Source of the DNA: Vulcanimicrobiota bacterium
Lineage (GTDB): Bacteria > Vulcanimicrobiota > Vulcanimicrobiia > Eremiobacterales > Eremiobacteraceae
Direction of reading: 5' to 3'
NCBI GenBank assembly: GCA_963812135.1
Contig: CAWETU010000001.1
Coordinates: forward strand, 1,280,001 to 1,344,000
Length of the DNA stretch: 64,000 nucleotides
Position numbers and translations under genes: made by a program
The notes under the pieces: generated by a model
What the model was told of the DNA's origin: nothing
The model's database searches: none
What the model saw: the letters and a program-made list of their open reading frames with translations, nothing else
In this document: positions 57,772 to 64,000 of the stretch, piece by piece
Numbering within the stretch: the first letter of the stretch is position 1
Layout of the letters: every line of letters starts with the position of its first letter

Positions 57772-58503
57772 ATGACGACCCCAGCTGAACGCTCACATTT
57801 TTCCGTGATCGTGCCCGCTCGCAACGAAGAGCGCTATATCGGCGCGTGCCTGGAGTCTATCCGAGTCGCGGCGCGGCCGTATCCCGGTCTCGTCGAAACG
57901 ATCGTCGTCTTGAATCGCTGCGACGACCGGACCGAGGAGATCGCTCGCGGATTCGGCGCACGCGTGGTCCAGGCGGAAGGCAAGAACCTCTCGGTCGTGC
58001 GCAATGCTGGCGCGCGCGCCGCATCAGGCGACTATCTCATCACGATCGATGCCGATTCAGTGATGGCCCCGAACACGCTGGCCGAGGTGGAGCGTCACCT
58101 CGAAAGCGGCAGGTATGTCGGGGGCGGTGTCATGATCCATCCCGAGCGCATGTCACCCGGCATCGCAGCCACCGGCGTGCTGTTGGTGTGGCTGATGGTG
58201 CGCTACCGCGTGTCGGCCGGACTGTTCTGGCTGCGTCGCCCGGATTTCGAAACGCTCGGCGGCTTCGACGAATCGCTGGTCTCGGTCGAGGATCTCGACC
58301 TGGCGACGCGCCTCAAAGCGCTGGGACGGGCGCGCGGCCAACGCTTCGGCACGCTCTGGCGCGCGCCGATCACGACATCGTGCCGCAAGTTCGATCACTT
58401 CGGCGACTGGTTCATCTTCCGCAACACGTGGCTGTGGCGCGCGATCCTCGGCGGGCGCGACGAGCAGGCGGCGAATCTCTACTTCTACGACTTCCCGCGA
58501 TAG
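57772..58503 (+). CDS. Glycosyltransferase family 2
   Basis: SVIVPARNEE, RNAGA, IDADS, GGFDE, EDLD. Confidence 0.92.
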   Translation: MTTPAERSHFSVIVPARNEERYIGACLESIRVAARPYPGLVETIVVLNRCDDRTEEIARGFGARVVQAEGKNLSVVRNAGARAASGDYLITIDADSVMAPNTLAEVERHLESGRYVGGGVMIHPERMSPGIAATGVLLVWLMVRYRVSAGLFWLRRPDFETLGGFDESLVSVEDLDLATRLKALGRARGQRFGTLWRAPITTSCRKFDHFGDWFIFRNTWLWRAILGGRDEQAANLYFYDFPR

Positions 58504-58509
58504 CGCGGA

Positions 58510-59013
58510 CTAGCTGCCCACCCGTATGAACCGCGGCGGTCCCATGGGCGGCACGGCCAAGCGCAACAACGCGAGCCCCGCGTCGTTCTGCGTCTGATCG
58601 TCAGCTGCCGGCGGCCGTAGCGCGGGTCCCCCTGAATCTCCCGCCGCAGCTCGCGCCTTCTCGATGATCGCTTGCGTCTGCGTCTCCAAACCGCTCTGCG
58701 CGGCCAGGATCGCTTTCGCTTCGCGCGGTGTGAGTTCGGCGTCGAGCGTCTTGGCGGCGGCGTTCACATCCGGAGTGCCCGCCACGGCGAGTTGTCCGAC
58801 GACCTGACTCAGCAGCGTGCGGCTCGCCGGCGTGAGCGCATTGAGCGCCGCAGTGCGCGCCTGCACGCGGACCTGATCGAGCTGTCCGCGCACTTGGCCC
58901 ATCGGGCCGCCAGGACCGCCCGGCGGCGGCGCCGGCGGCGAGGAATCCGCGAACGAGGGTAAAGGTGCGAAAATCAATGCGACGACGAGCGCCGCTCTTG
59001 CGAGTTGTCTCAT
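58510..59013 (-). CDS. Secreted helical hypothetical protein (Spy/CpxP-like)
   Basis: Signal peptide, LTP motifs. Confidence 0.55.
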   Translation of the reverse strand: MRQLARAALVVALIFAPLPSFADSSPPAPPPGGPGGPMGQVRGQLDQVRVQARTAALNALTPASRTLLSQVVGQLAVAGTPDVNAAAKTLDAELTPREAKAILAAQSGLETQTQAIIEKARAAAGDSGGPALRPPAADDQTQNDAGLALLRLAVPPMGPPRFIRVGS

Positions 59014-59062
59014 GCGGTTATCCTATCAATGGGCGCTGAGAGCCGCCTGGGATGCGGGCATG

Positions 59063-60208
59063 TCAGCTCTGGTGCGGCAGCATCATCGACGGCAGCGTAT
59101 AGCCGTCGTAGACGACCGCGGTCACCAGGCCGCTCATGACATCGTGATTGTCCACCATGTGAGACACGATGTGGCAGTGCAACGGCCACACGCCGGGATT
59201 GTTGGCGATAAAATCGATGTCCACCGTACGGCCTGGATCGACCGGAATCGTGTTCATCGGGCGCGGCTGGGGAAGCGGTGCGCCATCTTGCGCGATCCAG
59301 CGGAACCAGTGACCGTGCAAATGCATCGGATGCGCCATGTGCGTGATGTTCGCGAAGCGCACGCGCACCAGATCGCCACGCTTGACCCGAATCGGATCGG
59401 TGGCGGGAAACGTCTTGCCGTTGAAACACCAATATTCGGTCATATCCATGCGTTCCATCGCATCGCCCATGCCCGGATTTGGATCGGCTTTCGGATCCGC
59501 GGCCATGGCCGGCATCAGCATCGAGTTCGCCAAGACGGCCTGGGCTTCGACGTTACGCGCCGGCTCCCAATCGACTGAGGTCACCGCGATCGGGAAATCG
59601 ACGTCGTAACGTGGCTCGCGCGACGCATCCTGCGGGCTGACGACGATCATGCCGAACACGTTCTCTTGGTCGATATCGTTGTAGTGCGCGTGGTACATGT
59701 AGGTCCCCGCTTGCGGCGCGATCCAGCGATAGACGAACTGATCGCCCGGTTTGATCGGCGCCTGCGAGAACATGGCGGCGCCGTCCATCGCGAACGGCAC
59801 CGGAACGCCGTGCCAGTGGATGCTCGACTCCTGCGCAAGGCGGTTCACCACCGTGATCTCGACATCGTCGCCCTCCGTCATCCGCAGCACTGGGCCGGGC
59901 GAGATGCCGTTGACGCCGCGCGTCTGGACGCTGTGGCCGGGCAGCGGTTCCATCATGATCGAACCGAGCACGAGCGTGAACGTACGCTTGCGCCCGGTCC
60001 GCTTGAGCGCGCCTGCCGGTTTGAGCACGGGCAGCGCGCGCAGATCCGCGGTCGTCAGGCGGCGCAGCTCGTCCGTGGCCGCGCCGGCTCGCGCCGGCGC
60101 CGAATTCGCCATCGGCATCGCTCCCGCCATGGCGGCCGACGCGCGTGATGCCGCGAGCGCGAATGCGCCTGCGCCGGTGAGCTTGAGAACATCCTTGCGT
60201 GAGATCAT
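59063..60208 (-). CDS. Tat-exported two-domain multicopper oxidase
   Basis: SRKDVLK, IHWHG, YHAH, HPMHLHGH, LHCHIVSH. Confidence 0.9.
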   Translation of the reverse strand: MISRKDVLKLTGAGAFALAASRASAAMAGAMPMANSAPARAGAATDELRRLTTADLRALPVLKPAGALKRTGRKRTFTLVLGSIMMEPLPGHSVQTRGVNGISPGPVLRMTEGDDVEITVVNRLAQESSIHWHGVPVPFAMDGAAMFSQAPIKPGDQFVYRWIAPQAGTYMYHAHYNDIDQENVFGMIVVSPQDASREPRYDVDFPIAVTSVDWEPARNVEAQAVLANSMLMPAMAADPKADPNPGMGDAMERMDMTEYWCFNGKTFPATDPIRVKRGDLVRVRFANITHMAHPMHLHGHWFRWIAQDGAPLPQPRPMNTIPVDPGRTVDIDFIANNPGVWPLHCHIVSHMVDNHDVMSGLVTAVVYDGYTLPSMMLPHQS

Positions 60209-61343
60209 TTGACGCCAAGCGTTTCTAAGAACGCAGTCAGATCCGCGATGTCCTTGTCGGTGAGACGCAAGGGCGGCGTGACCGCGACGTGTTGTTTGAT
60301 GTGCCACGCGATGTGGCTCGGCGTGAAGTGCGTGGCCATGTCGCTCAATTCCGGCGCCGTGCCCGCGCCTTGCCCGCCGGCGCCGTGGCATTGAGCGCAA
60401 CTGCGGCCGTAGATCGCTCGACCTGCAGACGGATCGCCGGTCTCGACGCCGGAGAAATACGTGAATCCGCCGGCGTCAAGCGGCGGCTGGTCCACGGGAT
60501 AGACCGGAGGTGGCTGCGCCATCGACATCTGCATCCCTTTCATATTCATGTTCATCCCAGGCATTGATCCGCTCGCCGGCGCGGCATGCGCCTGCGCGAC
60601 TTCGGCAGCGACGGTTCGCCCCGGTGTCAACGTCACGACGTAGGCGACGAGATTCGCGATGTCGGAGTCGCTGAGCGGAAAGGTCGGCATGGGCGGCATG
60701 GGGTGTTTGATTCGCTCGTACAGCTCGTTATACGAGACGCTGCCGGCGATGCCGACGAGCTTCGGTCCGATGCCGCCACCGGCGCCGCCGGCGCCGTGGC
60801 ACGCTGCGCAGTTGTTAGCCGCGAAGAGATGTTCGCCCGCGACCGCGTCTCCGTGGGCGAGCGTCGTGTCGAGCGGCGACATAGGCATGGGCGTGGCGTT
60901 GGGGCCGGCCATGCTCATGCCTTGCATGCCGGGCATGTTCGCCATATCGGACCCCGACATGTTCATGCCCCGCATCTCGCCCAACACCGGGGACGCAAGC
61001 ACATTGCGCCTCGTCCACGGGCCTGCCCACTCGAGCTGTTCGAGATAGTAGGTGAAGTTCGGGCCGAGAAAGCCACCGGACAAGATGCCGAGATTATCGG
61101 TGAACAGTTTCGGCGGCGGCGGGTTGCCCTTCGAGAGATACTGCTCCGACACGACGATCACGTAAAGCCAGTGTTCTCGCGCCGAACGCGAAAACCCCCC
61201 CTAATTGTCCGGCTAGCGCCCGTGCGCTTGGCGAACATCGGAATCGCCTCGGCGGGATGCGGCCGCAGCGCCTGCGCGCCCCATGCGAGCACCGATGCCA
61301 CGATGACGATCAAGATGATAGGAACGAAGGACGAACGTTTCAA
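60205..61343 (-). CDS. Met-rich diheme cytochrome c (ORF 60205-61161) with a disrupted N-terminal part
   Basis: CAACH and CAQCH; upstream signal peptide + AIPMFAKRTGAS in another frame. Confidence 0.7.
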
Positions 61344-61449
61344 CGACTCGAGCGTTCGCTTCGGCGACAGCCGGGCCTCGCGACGCGACAACCGCAGACA
61401 GAGGCGGGAGCGTCGCGCGACGCCGCCGAAACGCGGCACATGCAGGCAT

Positions 61450-61522
61450 GCGGGAGTAGCTCAGTTGGTAGAGCGATAGCTTCCCAAGCTATAGGTCGCG
61501 GGTTCGAGGCCCGTCTCCCGCT
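61450..61522 (+). tRNA. tRNA-Gly(CCC), CCA not encoded
   Basis: GCGGGAG acceptor stem, ATAGC-TTCCCAA-GCTAT. Confidence 0.95.
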
Positions 61523-61528
61523 CGCCGA

Positions 61529-62425
61529 TCACTTCGCCGCCGTAGCCACCGGCGGCACCGAATGCACGTACATCCATAACGCCTTGATCTCCGGGTCCGT
61601 CATCTGCGCGGTTTCTGCCCACGGCATGAACGGATTGATCGTCGTGCCGTCTGGCCGCTTGCCGGCGCGCAGCGCGTGGAAGAAGTCCGCTTCGCTCCAC
61701 GAGCCGATCCCCGCGGGCGTGAGGTTCTGCGCGTCGGGGAAATCGGGCGGCGTGCCCGGCACGTGCCCGCCGGCAAGGTTCGCGCGATGGCAGCCCGTGC
61801 ATCCGCCGATCTGCGCCATGTAACGGCCATATTCCAACGTCACGGCGGCCGGCATGGTTGCGGGTGGTTGGGCGTTCTGGTCGATCGTGTTGGCGTCGGA
61901 TTCCGGCATTTGGCCGACGGCGAGCAACATTCGTCCGAGCGGACGGATATCGGTCGGCGGCAGCGTGCGGTCCACGGGCGCGACCGACTTGGCGTACGCG
62001 ATGATCGAGGCCAAATCCGCGTCGCTCAGACCCGCATACTCGCGCGACGGCATCACGAGCAGACCGTGGCCATCTGGGGCGACGCCGTGGCGGATGGCGC
62101 GCACGTAGTCCGCATCGCTCAACGACCCGCCGACGCCGCCGGCGCCTTTCGTGAGATTGGGCGCGACCACGCGGAAGGGCGGCGCTTCGATAAAGATCGT
62201 GCCGCCAAGGTCGGCGCCATGGCACACGGTGCATTTGGTGATCGCGACCGCGAGGTGCCGGCCGCGCGCGACGCTCGCGGCGTCGCTCGGCACCGAAAGC
62301 GCGAGTGACTGAGGGGCGATGTCGAATTTGCGGTTCAGTTTCAGCGAGCCGATCAAATAGATCGTCGCCGCCACGATGACGATCAAGATGATGATGATTC
62401 CCAGGACGCGAGCAAGCAACGCCAT
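61529..62425 (-). CDS. Membrane-anchored diheme cytochrome c
   Basis: CTVCHG, APNLT, CTGCH, MPW. Confidence 0.88.
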   Translation of the reverse strand: MALLARVLGIIIILIVIVAATIYLIGSLKLNRKFDIAPQSLALSVPSDAASVARGRHLAVAITKCTVCHGADLGGTIFIEAPPFRVVAPNLTKGAGGVGGSLSDADYVRAIRHGVAPDGHGLLVMPSREYAGLSDADLASIIAYAKSVAPVDRTLPPTDIRPLGRMLLAVGQMPESDANTIDQNAQPPATMPAAVTLEYGRYMAQIGGCTGCHRANLAGGHVPGTPPDFPDAQNLTPAGIGSWSEADFFHALRAGKRPDGTTINPFMPWAETAQMTDPEIKALWMYVHSVPPVATAAK

Positions 62426-62472
62426 GATGAGCAACCCTCCCCGCCCAGCGCTCGAGGCGGTAGAATCCTTCG

Positions 62473-63447
62473 CTAGGCGCCGGCTTCCTCTGTCGCCGGG
62501 ACATCTCCGCGGGCGAGAATCGCGCGCGCAACGGCTACCAAGCGCTCGCGCAACTCCAGCGGCTCCATGAGCCTGACGCAGTCTCCCCATGCGACCAGCT
62601 GGGGCAGCGCCGCATCCACCGATGGGAAGATGACGCGTGCCTCGATCCAACCGTCGGGCGCAGCGCCGCGGTCCGTGAATTGGACTTCCCAGTAGCCGGT
62701 GACATCCTCGATCGCCGCGGGCGACACGTGCAATCTCACGGCATAGGTGGTCAAGCTTTCCTCGAACCGCGTGCTCCACGATTGCCAAAACGCCGCAAGA
62801 TCAAAGCCGGCAGGCCGTTCGAACGTGCCGCCCTCGACGTCGACCGTGAGGATGCGGTCGCACCGGAAGACGCGCATGTCGTCCTTCGAGCGCGCGACCA
62901 GATACCAGACGCCGGCCTTCGCAACCAGTCCGAGGGGCTCAGCCACGCGCACGGTTTTCTCGCGCTTGCTGTCGCGATAGCCAAGCTTGATGCGCCGGTC
63001 TTCCCAGATCGCGCGCCGAAGCGTCGCCAAGTGTTCGCGCGGCGCAAGCGCCTGTTTCCAGCGGCGGGGATCGAAGAAGATGAGACTGCGGCTGCGCTCG
63101 GCCGTCCGTCTTTGCGGCGCGGGCAGCGCGCCGGCGAGCTTTTCGAGCGCCCTAGCCAGACCTTCGCCAAGGCCGATGTCGGCTAGCGGGTTGGCGGACG
63201 CGATGAACAGCGCCCGGATCTCGTCATCGCCGAACTGCGTGAGCGCCTTGCGGTACCCGTCGGCGAGTCTGATGCCGCCGCCGACTCCGCGTTCGGCATA
63301 CACGGGGATGCCGGCGGAACTGAGCGCGTCCATGTCGCGATGGATGGTGCGCTCGGAAACCTCCAACCGGCCCGCGAGGTCCGCCGCCGTGAGACGGTTG
63401 TTGGCCTGCAGCAAGAGCAAGAGGTTCAGGAGACGGCCGGACTTCAT
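62473..63447 (-). CDS. WYL-domain (YafY-type) regulator
   Basis: VSERTIHRD, GVWYLVA, RVFRCDRI. Confidence 0.92.
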   Translation of the reverse strand: MKSGRLLNLLLLLQANNRLTAADLAGRLEVSERTIHRDMDALSSAGIPVYAERGVGGGIRLADGYRKALTQFGDDEIRALFIASANPLADIGLGEGLARALEKLAGALPAPQRRTAERSRSLIFFDPRRWKQALAPREHLATLRRAIWEDRRIKLGYRDSKREKTVRVAEPLGLVAKAGVWYLVARSKDDMRVFRCDRILTVDVEGGTFERPAGFDLAAFWQSWSTRFEESLTTYAVRLHVSPAAIEDVTGYWEVQFTDRGAAPDGWIEARVIFPSVDAALPQLVAWGDCVRLMEPLELRERLVAVARAILARGDVPATEEAGA

Positions 63448-63470
63448 GTTGCAAGCATGCTACACAAATA

Positions 63471-63485
63471 TGACATCAGGTGTCA
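63471..63485. promoter_or_regulatory. Probable WYL-regulator operator
   Basis: TGACA-TCAGG-TGTCA in the divergent intergenic region. Confidence 0.7.
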
Positions 63486-63548
63486 AGTATTAAGGCGTAC
63501 TATGGCTTTCGTCAGATCACTGTTCGAACGAAAGGACACGTTTCTATC

Positions 63549-63926
63549 ATGGCTATCGCGACCACGCCGGAGATCTCCGGCATCGACGTTCACTGCTATC
63601 TCGTGAAAGAGCCGTCCCGCGCCATCAAATTCTACCGCGATGTCTTAGGTCTGCCGCTCACGCGCGAGCTGGATGGCAACGGCGCCGAGTTCGAGCTGGG
63701 CGACGGCTCGACGTTCGGGCTGTGGCGCATGCAAGACGGGTCATGGCATCCCAACAACGGCGTGATGTTCGCGGTCAAAGACATCGAGCAAGCCGTCGAG
63801 GGCTATTGCAAGCGCGGCGGCAAGCTGGTCGGCGAGATCTTCGACAACGACCACTGCCGGATGGCGATCTGCGAGGACACCGAAGGCAACGGCTTCATCC
63901 TGCACCAGCTGAAGTCGGCGGCTTAA
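63549..63926 (+). CDS. VOC/glyoxalase family protein
   Basis: FYRDVLGL, DTEGNGFILHQ. Confidence 0.88.
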   Translation: MAIATTPEISGIDVHCYLVKEPSRAIKFYRDVLGLPLTRELDGNGAEFELGDGSTFGLWRMQDGSWHPNNGVMFAVKDIEQAVEGYCKRGGKLVGEIFDNDHCRMAICEDTEGNGFILHQLKSAA

Positions 63927-64000
63927 GATCATGCGGCGTCATGTCACGCGCCAAAGTCTCGCGCGCATCTTGCACGACCTCACGGCGACCGTGATCGTTC

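Larger units (their letters stand above)
56640..57874. mobile_element. HigBA mini-island flanked by 73-bp direct repeats (56640-56712 and 57802-57874)
   Basis: Identical repeat of the glycosyltransferase 5' coding sequence; lower-GC interior. Confidence 0.88.

Overview
High-GC bacterial chromosomal window. Repeated stalk/copper-amine-oxidase-N domains, Pro/Thr linkers and a LuxR-STAND regulator suggest Eremiobacterota/Vulcanimicrobiota, but this is inference only. No rRNA or CRISPR array was seen. Main content: (1) two selenoproteins missed by the ORF track, a secreted peroxiredoxin (PxxxTxG-U, 2130-2690) and a thioredoxin-TPR protein (UGGC, 43337-43906), each with an in-frame TGA and a SECIS-like hairpin. 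(2) tRNA-Asp (11033-11109) followed by four downstream copies of its 3' half, plus one degenerate upstream copy. These delimit four tandem, integrase-less cargo islands (about 11.1-27.3 kb) with arm-site-like repeats, TA modules and many gene fragments. (3) Two paralogous secreted proteins with a shared N-terminal domain bearing thioester-domain-like motifs ([FY]C, QxxxW, VQxL) and unrelated C-termini. (4) Two TnpB-only IS200/IS605 elements, one intact. (5) A 1.16-kb HigBA mini-island inserted in the 5' end of a glycosyltransferase gene with a 73-bp direct repeat. (6) A sensor-CheA-like/CheY/CheX/CheX operon without receptor or CheW. (7) A QueA-like/SDR locus with a fused GAF kinase-response regulator. 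(8) A copper/cytochrome cluster, tRNA-Phe, tRNA-Gly and a WYL-VOC pair. Clustered 1-bp deletions (about 30.2-32.1 kb and 48.2-50.1 kb) may be assembly errors. All family calls are by motif recognition, not database search.
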